Part shown: one piece after another, positions 43,400 through 52,564 of the stretch
How the letters are laid out: each line of letters begins with the position of its first letter
Numbering within the stretch: position 1 is the first letter of the stretch
Assembly: GCA_965648915.1 (NCBI GenBank)
Contig: CBFGIV010000005.1
Coordinates: 1 to 64,000, forward strand
From: a candidate division WOR-3 bacterium
GTDB lineage: Bacteria; Hydrothermota; Tepidihabitantia; SM23-42; CAYGYG01
Direction of reading: 5' to 3'
Length of the DNA stretch: 64,000 nt
Position numbers and translations under genes: made by a program
Notes under the pieces: generated by a model
Databases searched by the model: none
What the model was told of the DNA's origin: nothing
The model's input: only the letters and a program-made list of their open reading frames with translations

Positions 43400-44145
43400 A
43401 AGAAAAGATTGTTATTAAAGACCTTGATTATTTTTATAGTGATAGGCAGGTATTAAAAGGGATAAATCTGACGATTAATGCCAATGAGATCCTTGCAATT
43501 ATCGGCCCGGCCAATAGTGGTAAGACAACACTCCTGCGAGCGATCAACCGTCTTAATGATGAGATGAGAGGGGTTCGAACTGAAGGCAAGATAATCTTTG
43601 ATGGTGAGTTGATCGATAATATCGAACCCACAAGTTTAAGAAAGAGGATCGGTATGATTTTTGCCAATCCGATTGTGCTCCCGGGCACAATATATTTTAA
43701 TCTTACTTATGGCCCAAAGATCTGGGGGGTGCGAAATTGGCTGCGACTCCAGCAATTGGTTGAGTGGAGTTTACGGAGGGCGATATTGTGGGATGAGGTT
43801 AAAGACCGGCTCTTTAACCCGGTAAGTAGCTTATCCGGAGGGCAACAGCAGAGACTCTGTATCGCCCGGACCTTAGCCAACGAACCAGAGGTAATTTTAA
43901 TGGATGAACCCTGTTCCGGTCTGGATCCGATTTCGACCGCCAAGATCGAAGATGCAATGCGGGAATTGAAGAAGGACTATACGATTCTTATCGTCACCAA
44001 TAATACTAAGCAGGCAGCCCGGATTGCAGACAAAGTAGCTTTTTTCTTAAATGGTGAATTGATTGAGTATGGAGCGCCGGAACAGATTTTTACTGCGGCT
44101 AAAGACAGGAGAACCGATGATTACATCCGGGGACGATTCGGCTAA
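43396..44145 (+). CDS. pstB: Phosphate ABC ATPase, copy 1 (atypical Q- and H-loops)
   Basis: [38 protein letters not shown] overlap. Confidence 0.9.
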   Translation: MKEKIVIKDLDYFYSDRQVLKGINLTINANEILAIIGPANSGKTTLLRAINRLNDEMRGVRTEGKIIFDGELIDNIEPTSLRKRIGMIFANPIVLPGTIYFNLTYGPKIWGVRNWLRLQQLVEWSLRRAILWDEVKDRLFNPVSSLSGGQQQRLCIARTLANEPEVILMDEPCSGLDPISTAKIEDAMRELKKDYTILIVTNNTKQAARIADKVAFFLNGELIEYGAPEQIFTAAKDRRTDDYIRGRFG

Positions 44146-44890
44146 AATTATTATAAAAAAACTCAATCTCTTTTACGGCAAATTTCAGGCTTTAATCGAT
44201 GTCAATATGAAGATTAAAGACCGGACGATTACCGCGATTATCGGCCCTTCAGGCTGCGGTAAATCGACCCTGCTGCGTTGTTTAAATCGGATGAATGATC
44301 TGATTGAAAAAGTCAGGATCACCGGTGAGGTCCTGATCAATGATAGGAATATATACTCCTCGAAAACCGATCTTATTGAACTGCGGAAGAATGTCGGTAT
44401 GGTATTTCAACGGCCGAATGTCTTTCCCCTCTCGATTCGCGAGAATATTACTTACGGCCCGAAGTTACACGGTCTCACAGATAATCGTAAATTGAATGAT
44501 ATTGTTGACCGAACTTTAAGGGCGGTTCATCTCCTGGATGAAGTAAAAGATAGACTTAACCGGCCGGCCTTACAACTTTCGCTCGAACAACAGCAGCGGC
44601 TCTGTATTGCCCGTCTCCTGGCGGTCGAGCCTGAGGTCTTATTGATGGATGAACCCTGTTCTGCCCTTGACCCAATTGCTACCGCCCGGATTGAAGAGTT
44701 GATGTTTGAGTTGAAGAAGGATTACTGTATTGTGATTGTAACCCATAATATGCAGCAGGCGGCAAGGGCATCAGACGAGTGTGGATTTATGCTTTTGGGC
44801 GAATTGATTGAGTTCTCTTCTACCCAGAAGATGTTTACCAACCCGGATGATAAACGGACCGAGGACTATATCACGGGCCGGTTTGGCTAA
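44117..44890 (+). CDS. pstB: Phosphate ABC ATPase, copy 2 (degenerate signature)
   Basis: [39 protein letters not shown]. Confidence 0.92.
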   Translation: MITSGDDSAKIIIKKLNLFYGKFQALIDVNMKIKDRTITAIIGPSGCGKSTLLRCLNRMNDLIEKVRITGEVLINDRNIYSSKTDLIELRKNVGMVFQRPNVFPLSIRENITYGPKLHGLTDNRKLNDIVDRTLRAVHLLDEVKDRLNRPALQLSLEQQQRLCIARLLAVEPEVLLMDEPCSALDPIATARIEELMFELKKDYCIVIVTHNMQQAARASDECGFMLLGELIEFSSTQKMFTNPDDKRTEDYITGRFG

Positions 44891-44952
44891 AGGGAATTTT
44901 CTTATAAAATTTTATAAGTTTTAAATCGGTCGGATCTAATAATCGGGGATCT

Positions 44953-45528
44953 TTATCGAGAGAGATTTACCATCTGTTTGGCCAAGAGGTCATATTCGAT
45001 ATTGACCGGGTCGCCTCTCTTTTTTCTGGACAGGGTTGTCTCTTTTAATGTATAGGGAATAAGCGTAACCCAGAAACTCCTCTTGCCCAGTTCCTGGATC
45101 GTTAGACTTACACCTTCAACTGCTACCGATCCCTTTTTGACGAGATAGATCAGATTTTTTGGATTTACTGATATTTCCATTAAGGTCTGACCGGGAAGTT
45201 TTCTGAGACTCAGGATCTTACCAACTTCATCGATATGGCCCGTGACAAAGTGTCCGCTGAGTCGATCACCAACAGTTAGAGGACGTTCTAAATTAACCTT
45301 ATCCCCGACCCTGAGATAATTCAAATTCGTTTTCTTTAAGGTATCGGCGATAACCTCGACCGCAAATAGATTGCCCGTGGTGTTAGTAACCGTAAGACAG
45401 GTTCCATTGACCGAGATACTCTCCCTGACCTTTACCCTAAGATCAGATTTAATCCAGAATATCCGGTTTCCCCGTACCGGAAGAACCTTTGTTATGCTTC
45501 CAACCTGTTCAATTATTCCGGTGAACAT
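44953..45528 (-). CDS. ribE: Riboflavin synthase
   Basis: MFTGII, NGTCLT, VNLER, GHFVTGHID. Confidence 0.96.
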   Translation of the reverse strand: MFTGIIEQVGSITKVLPVRGNRIFWIKSDLRVKVRESISVNGTCLTVTNTTGNLFAVEVIADTLKKTNLNYLRVGDKVNLERPLTVGDRLSGHFVTGHIDEVGKILSLRKLPGQTLMEISVNPKNLIYLVKKGSVAVEGVSLTIQELGKRSFWVTLIPYTLKETTLSRKKRGDPVNIEYDLLAKQMVNLSR

Positions 45529-46597
45529 ATTTGAAAAGGTAATCTTCACCTATCTTTTTCACAGTGAGGTTATTAAGCGCGATGATTTTAGTAAGCGTAT
45601 CACCGTAATTTTTGCCCCGGCCAATAATCCTTGGTGCAATGAAGAGATAGATCTCGTCGTATAAATTCTGATTAAGGAACGAGGCAAAGATTTTTGCTCC
45701 ACCCTCGACCAGGATTGAGGTGATCCCTTCCCGCACTATCCGGTTCAGAAGACTATTCAGTTTGATCTTGCCCGCGACAACCGGAGCGTGAATAATTTTT
45801 ACCCCCCGGGCTTTAAATTCGGCTATTCTTTTCCGGGATATATTTTTTCGGCAGATGATAAAGACTGTGCCATCCGGTCTTAAGACCCGGGAACTTAAAG
45901 GGGTCTTTAAGTTGGCGTCGAGTATAATGCGGGCAGGATTCGATCCACCGGCCAGACGGTTGGTTAAATAGGGATTGTCTTTGATTACTGTATTGACGCC
46001 GACCAGAATAGCATCGACATATCCCCGCAGGGAATGGACCAGACGGCGTGATTCTAAGGATGTTATATATTTTTTTCGACGCAAAACGTCTGGAAGAGAA
46101 ATCATTCCGTTAAGCGTTGAGGCAATCTTTAAGATTATATAGGGCTTGCCAGTCTTAATAAATTTGATATAAGCACGATTTAGTTCAGAGGACTCTTGGC
46201 ACATCAGGCCGATATCGACTTTGATATTATTTTTTCTTAAAAAAGCAACCCCTTTGCCCGCAACTGCCGGATTCGGGTCGAGCATTGAGACCACAACCCT
46301 TTTTATTCCGGCGCGGAGTATCGCTTCGGCACAGGGTGGTGTCTTGCCATAATGGATACAGGGTTCAAGATTTGTGTAGAGGGTTGCATCTGCTGTCTGA
46401 TAGCGGGCATCAATAAGGGCAACTGTTTCCGCATGGGCTTCGCCGTATCTTCGGTGATAACCCCGGCCGATGATTCGATTGTTTCTGGTAATTACCGCAC
46501 CGACCATTGGGTTGGGGCTGGTCTTACCCATACCCCTGGTTGCCAGGTGGATTGCCTCACTCATAAAATATTCGTCAAAAGACTTCTGGATGTCCAA
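45509..46597 (-). CDS. ribD: Bifunctional riboflavin biosynthesis deaminase/reductase
   Basis: PNPMVG, HAE, LEPCIHYGKTPPC, VEGGA. Confidence 0.96.
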   Translation of the reverse strand: MDIQKSFDEYFMSEAIHLATRGMGKTSPNPMVGAVITRNNRIIGRGYHRRYGEAHAETVALIDARYQTADATLYTNLEPCIHYGKTPPCAEAILRAGIKRVVVSMLDPNPAVAGKGVAFLRKNNIKVDIGLMCQESSELNRAYIKFIKTGKPYIILKIASTLNGMISLPDVLRRKKYITSLESRRLVHSLRGYVDAILVGVNTVIKDNPYLTNRLAGGSNPARIILDANLKTPLSSRVLRPDGTVFIICRKNISRKRIAEFKARGVKIIHAPVVAGKIKLNSLLNRIVREGITSILVEGGAKIFASFLNQNLYDEIYLFIAPRIIGRGKNYGDTLTKIIALNNLTVKKIGEDYLFKYVHRNN

Positions 46598-46662
46598 CAG
46601 GGGTATAATATCGATCAGAAATCTTTTGTCAATAACAATAAATCGGGCTCAAAAAAACGAGC

Positions 46663-48762
46663 TTATTTCAAAAGGATAAATTTCCTGAAGATCTTTTGTT
46701 TTTCGTATGTAAGACTTAAGAAGTAGATACCGGAGGCAAAGTCCTTGCTGTTCAGGATAACGGTCTTTGTACCCGGACCCTGGATGCCGGTGCACAATTT
46801 CTTTACTACCAAACCACAGGAGTTAAATAATTTGAGATCGATATTACAAAAATAGGGTAGGTCGTAAGTAACTCTAATCAACCGGCTGGCTGGAGAACTA
46901 ACATTGAGATTAAATTTGTCCGGCTGGTTTATCGAATGATGATCGGTTATGCCGACCGGCTCATAGCCGCGCCAGACTCCAAAGAGATTTTCGACCCGGT
47001 AGGTATTGTTATTCGATCTCAGGGATATAACAAAAGGCAGAAGGGAATCATTATCAGGTATATTGGGAAGAACCCGGAAGGTAAATCGATCAGAATTGTT
47101 GTTACCTTTTCTATTTGGCCCTTCCAGACTGTCTAAGTCACCAAAGAAACCGGTCGAATCTTCAATTACCACATAATTAAAACCTGGTCGAACCCTGAGG
47201 ATACCGATGATGCCAGTTGCCCTTCGACCGCCTGCACTCCAGATTGTATCGACCATCTGGACCCTTTCGCCCGGGTCAGGCCGTCCATTGTTGTTGCCCA
47301 GGCTGTCGATGATTCGATAACCCGCATAGGCTAAACTCGGACTTCTGGGCATCGCCCGCAACGCGGCCGCACAATCGATGATCCCCCAGCCGTAAGTGTT
47401 GTCTTCTCCCGGTGTTCCTTTATCTCGGGCGGTATACATGAGAATCTTCTTTATCGTATCGGATGAAGCATCTGTGTTATATTGTCTTAATAATAAAAAA
47501 GCACCAGGTAGGTGAGCCGTTGCCATTGAGCTTCCGCCCATAACTCCGTAACCACCGGTGCGCAAGCAGGACCGAATATTAATACCTGGTGTGCTTACTT
47601 CTGGTTTTATCCAGTAAGTCGTATCATACATCGTGCAATCGGTCGGACCGCGGCTCGAAAAAGATGCGATGACCTCGTTGTTATCGACCGCACCAGCACA
47701 GTAGTTCAAGGTTGCGGTCGTGCAGATGTTGGCCGGGCTGTAAATAGATTGCGCTGTAGGGCCAGAACTTCCAGCTCTAAATGCAAGCATACAACCGGCG
47801 GCTTCAAGATTAAAGATTTCGCGATTCCATCTGCGGTCGCAATCCTGATAACCGGTAAACCGGGCATCAACACCCCACGGGTTGCAACAAGCGTCAGGCA
47901 TATCATATACCGTGGCTGGATTAGAATCAGGGTCGCAAGCCCAGTTGTAGGCATCGCGGATGTCAGAATCAAAGTCAGGGCCGGTCCCTTGGTTCAGTGC
48001 ATTATCTGCAATCCATTGACTACCAAACGCAACCCCGACCGTATCACCTGGGTAACCGCCGACCATAATACCACAGATATGGGTGCCATGGCCATGTGGA
48101 TCGGCCGGAAGCGGTGACGAACCTATTGCATCTTTCCAAGCTTGGGATAATGTGGCACCATTACGACCACGCCAGCGACTCAAGAGACAGATATGCTGAA
48201 GATAGACACCGGTATCGAGTGAAAAGGCGAGCCGGCCTAAACCAGTAATACCTTTACGCCAGAGGGTGTCGGCCCGGATCATAGATAGGTTCCATTCATA
48301 GGCACTGATGCGGTCTGAAGCCTGGCCACTATAGACTGGTTCACATAGTTCCACCGGCAGGTCGCAGTGGATGATATCGACATCGGGCCGGGTGACGACC
48401 TTCTCGAGGGTCGACTTCTTGCACTCAAGGGCAATTGAGTTGGAAAGCCAGAAGGAACGGATGCGACGGATATTGCCACTTGCCTTCTCCTTGTTGAGAA
48501 AGGCAAGGATATCTTTCTGACTCTCATTGCACTTATTCATCAAGGCACTGCAGATGACATAGTGCCTCTCCTGGCGGTCGGCATTCCGGGCGTTTAATTC
48601 GGCCTCGAGTGCGGGCACATCGACCTGGTCCGCCATAATCACGATTGCCCGGACTTCAGCGTCGTCGGGCAAGGTCTGGAGATAGTCTTCAAACGACGGC
48701 TCATAATAACCGGCCAGAACGAGGCCCATTGCCATCATAACCAAAAACGACACTCGCTCCAT
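46663..48762 (-). CDS. Secreted S8 subtilase (bacillopeptidase F-like) with C-terminal sorting-type domain; atypical oxyanion motif
   Basis: LDTG, HGHGTH, FSSRGP, GSSMAT; SD AAGGAGG; tail SGIYFL...RKFILLK. Confidence 0.85.
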   Translation of the reverse strand: MERVSFLVMMAMGLVLAGYYEPSFEDYLQTLPDDAEVRAIVIMADQVDVPALEAELNARNADRQERHYVICSALMNKCNESQKDILAFLNKEKASGNIRRIRSFWLSNSIALECKKSTLEKVVTRPDVDIIHCDLPVELCEPVYSGQASDRISAYEWNLSMIRADTLWRKGITGLGRLAFSLDTGVYLQHICLLSRWRGRNGATLSQAWKDAIGSSPLPADPHGHGTHICGIMVGGYPGDTVGVAFGSQWIADNALNQGTGPDFDSDIRDAYNWACDPDSNPATVYDMPDACCNPWGVDARFTGYQDCDRRWNREIFNLEAAGCMLAFRAGSSGPTAQSIYSPANICTTATLNYCAGAVDNNEVIASFSSRGPTDCTMYDTTYWIKPEVSTPGINIRSCLRTGGYGVMGGSSMATAHLPGAFLLLRQYNTDASSDTIKKILMYTARDKGTPGEDNTYGWGIIDCAAALRAMPRSPSLAYAGYRIIDSLGNNNGRPDPGERVQMVDTIWSAGGRRATGIIGILRVRPGFNYVVIEDSTGFFGDLDSLEGPNRKGNNNSDRFTFRVLPNIPDNDSLLPFVISLRSNNNTYRVENLFGVWRGYEPVGITDHHSINQPDKFNLNVSSPASRLIRVTYDLPYFCNIDLKLFNSCGLVVKKLCTGIQGPGTKTVILNSKDFASGIYFLSLTYEKQKIFRKFILLK

Positions 48763-48780
48763 CTTAACCTCCTTGAACTA

Positions 48781-49566
48781 TTAAAAACATCTTATCTTCT
48801 GTTTAGCCCAGATATAATCTATACGATCGCCGAGCTTTATTTTCAGGTAATCTGCGGCATTCTTTTGATTTTGGCTGATTTCAAAAAATCCGGTGCTTCC
48901 TTCAATTGACAGTAATGCTCCCTTCTTTACACATCCGTAGGCATCTCCAACCCATATTTTTTTATTCTTTATCAGAAAATAGCCTGATGGATGCTTAATA
49001 TCCGATGGTTTTATGTTGGTAATTATGTTGCCAAACCGATCGATGTAGAGGACTTCACCTCTTATGCCGGTTCGGGTTATTTTCGGTTGAGGAAACGAAA
49101 AAGATTTTGGTTTTGATAAGGGTTGGGCAATCCGACTTATTTTGATCCTTTTGGAGATTAATGCTGCAACCGGAGCAAAGAGATCACGACCATGAAAGGT
49201 TTTACTCAATCTTTTTCTTATTTTAATCTGATAGGCATAATAATGCTCATTATGAAAAATATACGAAAAGACACCGTTGTCCGGACCGACAAAATAATAA
49301 TCGTCGGTTTTTACCACTATTGGCCGTCGATCAGTCCCGACCCCTGGATCGACAACGACCGTATGGATTGTCTGCTTGGGGAAATTTTTATATACTGACC
49401 AGAGGACAAAAGCGGCAGATTTTATGTTGTGGGGCTGGATCTCGTGTGTAATGTCGATAATTCTAACCTGTGGGTTTATTTTCAATATTTCTCCCTTCAT
49501 CGCTGCGACGAACCAATCCTTTTGGCCGAAATCGGTAAGGAGCGTAATTATTATTGACTTTTGCAC
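48781..49566 (-). CDS. SAM-dependent chlorinase/fluorinase family protein (SAM hydroxide adenosyltransferase)
   Basis: ITLLTDFG, VVDPGVGTDR, GPDNG, TFHGRD.FAP, IDRFGN; GTG start at 49566 inferred. Confidence 0.92.
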   Translation of the reverse strand: MQKSIIITLLTDFGQKDWFVAAMKGEILKINPQVRIIDITHEIQPHNIKSAAFVLWSVYKNFPKQTIHTVVVDPGVGTDRRPIVVKTDDYYFVGPDNGVFSYIFHNEHYYAYQIKIRKRLSKTFHGRDLFAPVAALISKRIKISRIAQPLSKPKSFSFPQPKITRTGIRGEVLYIDRFGNIITNIKPSDIKHPSGYFLIKNKKIWVGDAYGCVKKGALLSIEGSTGFFEISQNQKNAADYLKIKLGDRIDYIWAKQKIRCF

Positions 49567-49641
49567 TGAATAGGATATACTGAAATCTCTGAATGTCAAG
49601 TATTTTTTTGATTTGATGTCAGGAGAATTCAGTTCTTCAAA

Positions 49642-50706
49642 ATGGAACTAAAACAAGAACACATCATCCTTCAGAATAATTTAAGAAGATTTGTTCAAAG
49701 AGAGGTTGAACCTTTTGTGGTAAGAATCGACCGCGATAATTACTTTCCGCGGGAGTTAGGGAGTAAACTATCTGATATGGGCCTTCTGGGAATCCTGGTT
49801 CCAGAAGAATATGGTGGGTCTGGTTTTGATACGACAAGTTTTGGAATTGCGCTTGAAGAGATAGCCCGGATGAGTGGTTCACTTGCCCTCCTGATTGGTG
49901 CCCATAACGGTTTAGTGATTACTACCCTTTTAAGCTCCGGATCAGAAGACCTGAAAAAGAAATATTTACCGCAACTTGCACAGGGGCAAAAACTGGGTGG
50001 ATTCTGTCTGGAGAGTGAGTCTTCATTAACACTTTCGGGTCGAAAGGTAAGCGGTCGGGCTCGCTTTGTTCTTGGGGGCGGGGCCGCTGATATTCTTATC
50101 TTACCTGTTAATAGGAATAATGAGAAGATATATTTTTTAATTGAGAGTTCTACGCCCGGGATCAGGATAAGAAAGAGAGAAGATATGATGGGAATGAGGG
50201 GTTCGGGAATTGCTGACATCGATTTTGATGAAGCCCTGCTCGAAGAGTCTGCGATATTTAACCCGCAACCGGTAGAGGAGGTGGCGGCAATATTTAATGT
50301 TGGAATGGCGGCAATTGGAGTCGGTTTATGCCAGTCAGCACTTGATGCATCCCTCAAATATTCAAAAGAGCGGCATCAGTTTGGTCAGGCGATATGTAAT
50401 TTTGATATGGTTCAGGATATGCTGGCGGAGATGGCACTAAGAACGCACACTTCCCGGCTTCTTCTCTATGATGCGTCATTTAAGAGAGATAACCGGAGAC
50501 CATTTGTTAAAGAAGCACTGATGGCGAAGATTTATGCTGCTCAATCGGCAACGCTTGTAACCAGATATGGGGTCCAGATCCATGGGGGTTATGGATATAC
50601 CAAGGATTATCCGATTGAACGGATGTTTCGCGATGCCAAAGCGACCGAAGTAATTGGTGGTATAAGCGAAGAACAGAGACTCAGCCTGGCTAAGGGTATG
50701 TTATAA
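49642..50706 (+). CDS. Acyl-CoA dehydrogenase family protein (probably non-catalytic subunit)
   Basis: PEEYGG, ERHQFG, QIHGGYGY; lacks TEPxAGSD and the catalytic Glu. Confidence 0.88.
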   Translation: MELKQEHIILQNNLRRFVQREVEPFVVRIDRDNYFPRELGSKLSDMGLLGILVPEEYGGSGFDTTSFGIALEEIARMSGSLALLIGAHNGLVITTLLSSGSEDLKKKYLPQLAQGQKLGGFCLESESSLTLSGRKVSGRARFVLGGGAADILILPVNRNNEKIYFLIESSTPGIRIRKREDMMGMRGSGIADIDFDEALLEESAIFNPQPVEEVAAIFNVGMAAIGVGLCQSALDASLKYSKERHQFGQAICNFDMVQDMLAEMALRTHTSRLLLYDASFKRDNRRPFVKEALMAKIYAAQSATLVTRYGVQIHGGYGYTKDYPIERMFRDAKATEVIGGISEEQRLSLAKGML

Positions 50707-50715
50707 TTTACGGGT

Positions 50716-51852
50716 ATGAATTTAGCTGAATTTAAGAAAGAGCATCAGGAATTTCGTGAAGAGATTCAGGCATTCGTTCGGACTGAGATTGCTCCAAAGG
50801 CGCGAGAGATCGATATCAGTGGCGAATTTCCATTAGATATTATTAAAAAGATGGCTGAGAAGAGATATCTGGGTATTCCTTATCCGGTGGAATACGGAGG
50901 ATTGGGTAAGGATACAATCTCCTACATCATTGCTGTCGAAGAGGTCTCACGGGTTTGTGCCTCAACCGGTATAACTCTTGCTGCCCACTGTTCGCTTGGC
51001 TGTTATCCGATTTACCTTGCAGGTAACGAAATGCAGAAAAAGAAGTATCTGGTTCCGATGGCGAAAGGAGAAGTCCTGGGTGGCTTCGGATTGACCGAAC
51101 CCAATGCTGGCTCTGATTCTGGAGCAACTGAGACGACGGCGAAAGAAGAAGGTGGTGGCTATCTGATCAACGGGAAGAAGATGTTTAACACCACCGGGGG
51201 TTATGCTGGATTTTTTAATATTACCGCAACCCATGATCGGAGTAAAGGGGTTCACGGGATAAGCGCCTTCATTGTGGAGAAGGGGATGAAAGGGTTTTCC
51301 GTGGGCAAGAAAGAGGATAAACTTGGTTTACGCGGTTCAAATACAGTAGAGTTGATATTTGAAGACTGTTTTGTGCCGGAAGAAAACCTCCTGGGTAAAA
51401 AGAATGAAGGATTTAAAATCTTTATGATGACCTTGGATGGTGGTCGGGTCAGTATTGGCGCTTTTGCCTTAGGCATAGCCCAGGGTGCACTGGATGCCAG
51501 TATAAAATTTGTTAAAGATAACAAAATCAAGACTCAGATCACTCAGAAACTGATTGCGGATATGGCGACCGAGATCGAAGCCGCACGCCATCTGGTATAT
51601 AACGGTGCCTGGCTTGAGGATCATCACATGCCATTTTCTAAAGAGAGTGCGATGGCGAAACTCTATGCTTCTGAAGTCTGCATGCGGGCCTGTGACAAGG
51701 CGATTCAGATACACGGATTAGCCGGTCTGACCAAGGACTATCCGGTTGAGCGCTTCTATCGGGATGGTAAACTGGCAGAGATCGGTGAAGGGACAAGCGA
51801 GATTCAGAGGATAGTAATTGCCAGACAGATTCTGGGCAGGGAATTCGTCTAA
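50716..51852 (+). CDS. Acyl-CoA dehydrogenase (catalytic subunit)
   Basis: LTEPNAGSD, KLGLRGS, LDGGR, EIGEGTSEIQR. Confidence 0.93.
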   Translation: MNLAEFKKEHQEFREEIQAFVRTEIAPKAREIDISGEFPLDIIKKMAEKRYLGIPYPVEYGGLGKDTISYIIAVEEVSRVCASTGITLAAHCSLGCYPIYLAGNEMQKKKYLVPMAKGEVLGGFGLTEPNAGSDSGATETTAKEEGGGYLINGKKMFNTTGGYAGFFNITATHDRSKGVHGISAFIVEKGMKGFSVGKKEDKLGLRGSNTVELIFEDCFVPEENLLGKKNEGFKIFMMTLDGGRVSIGAFALGIAQGALDASIKFVKDNKIKTQITQKLIADMATEIEAARHLVYNGAWLEDHHMPFSKESAMAKLYASEVCMRACDKAIQIHGLAGLTKDYPVERFYRDGKLAEIGEGTSEIQRIVIARQILGREFV

Positions 51853-51933
51853 ACGAGGATCAAGATAGATTATAGTAGATTTAGTTTGACAGACTGACAG
51901 ATTTGAATATACTGAAACGAAATTGCGCATTCC

Positions 51934-52005
51934 TGGGGGATCGTCTAACGGCTAGGACACGTGGCTCTGGACCACGGTATCGGGGTTCGAATCCCTGTCC
52001 CCCAG
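51934..52005 (+). tRNA. tRNA-Gln(CTG)
   Basis: TGGGGGA/TCCCCCA acceptor, CGTGG-CTCTGGA-CCACG anticodon arm. Confidence 0.95.
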
Positions 52006-52026
52006 TTTCTTATTTTTTAGTATTAG

Positions 52027-52109
52027 TGCGAGGAGGGGGAGTTGAACCCCCACCCCTTACGGGACTGGATCCTAAATCCAGCGCGTCTGCCCGATTCCGC
52101 CATCCTCGC
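52027..52109 (-). tRNA. tRNA-Leu(TAG)
   Basis: GCGAGGA/TCCTCGC acceptor, CTGGA-TTTAGGA-TCCAG, long variable arm; promoter TTGACT-16-TAGAAT at 52151-52124. Confidence 0.95.
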
Positions 52110-52160
52110 CTTAATTTGATGGTATTCTATCTGAATTGACGATGAAGTCAAGTCTTAGTA

Positions 52161-52237
52161 TCAGGGGGCAGTCCCCTGAATTTACGTCAGTAAAAAATGG
52201 TTGCTGTCCCTATTTTATTTTTACCGTCCCTATTTTA
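52161..52237. repeat. REP-like cluster
   Basis: TCAGGGG-GCAGT-CCCCTGA hairpin; GTCCCTATTTTA twice (52206, 52226); core shared with 6375-6415. Confidence 0.55.
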
Positions 52238-52239
52238 CC

Positions 52240-52516
52240 TAATGTCTAAGAAGCTTAAGGTATCGCAACCGGAGAAAGTGGGTAAGATGTGGCTTGTCGG
52301 AGTAGTTGTTTATCTATTTGCCTTTATTATTGGCGGTCAAGTTGCCAGGCATCCTGATCTATTACAAGAAATATCAACCGTACCGAAGCATAAGAATTCC
52401 AGACTTTTATTAAGTATTTTTCGAATTGGCATTTTAATAATCAGGCGGTGTCAATTTATTAAATTTCCTTTCCGTTTACAACAGGAGGCAGCATGAAAAA
52501 AGTGGAGAGGAGTCAG
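52240..52516 (+). mobile_element. 3' remnant of an IS4-family element
   Basis: Peptide ends in ...LSIFRIG...QEAA*, resembling IS4 transposase C-termini, followed by AAAAAAGTGGAGAGGAGTCAG (CTGA-type end on the reverse strand); no DDE core. Confidence 0.55.
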
Positions 52517-52564
52517 CTACATCATTGCTTGACATAGTCTACTTCTTTAGTATAATTAAGGCTT

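Noticed and set aside
44891..46660. FMN riboswitch near rib genes (also TPP near thiE, preQ1 near queA)
   Set aside because: No recognisable aptamer motifs and no leader space
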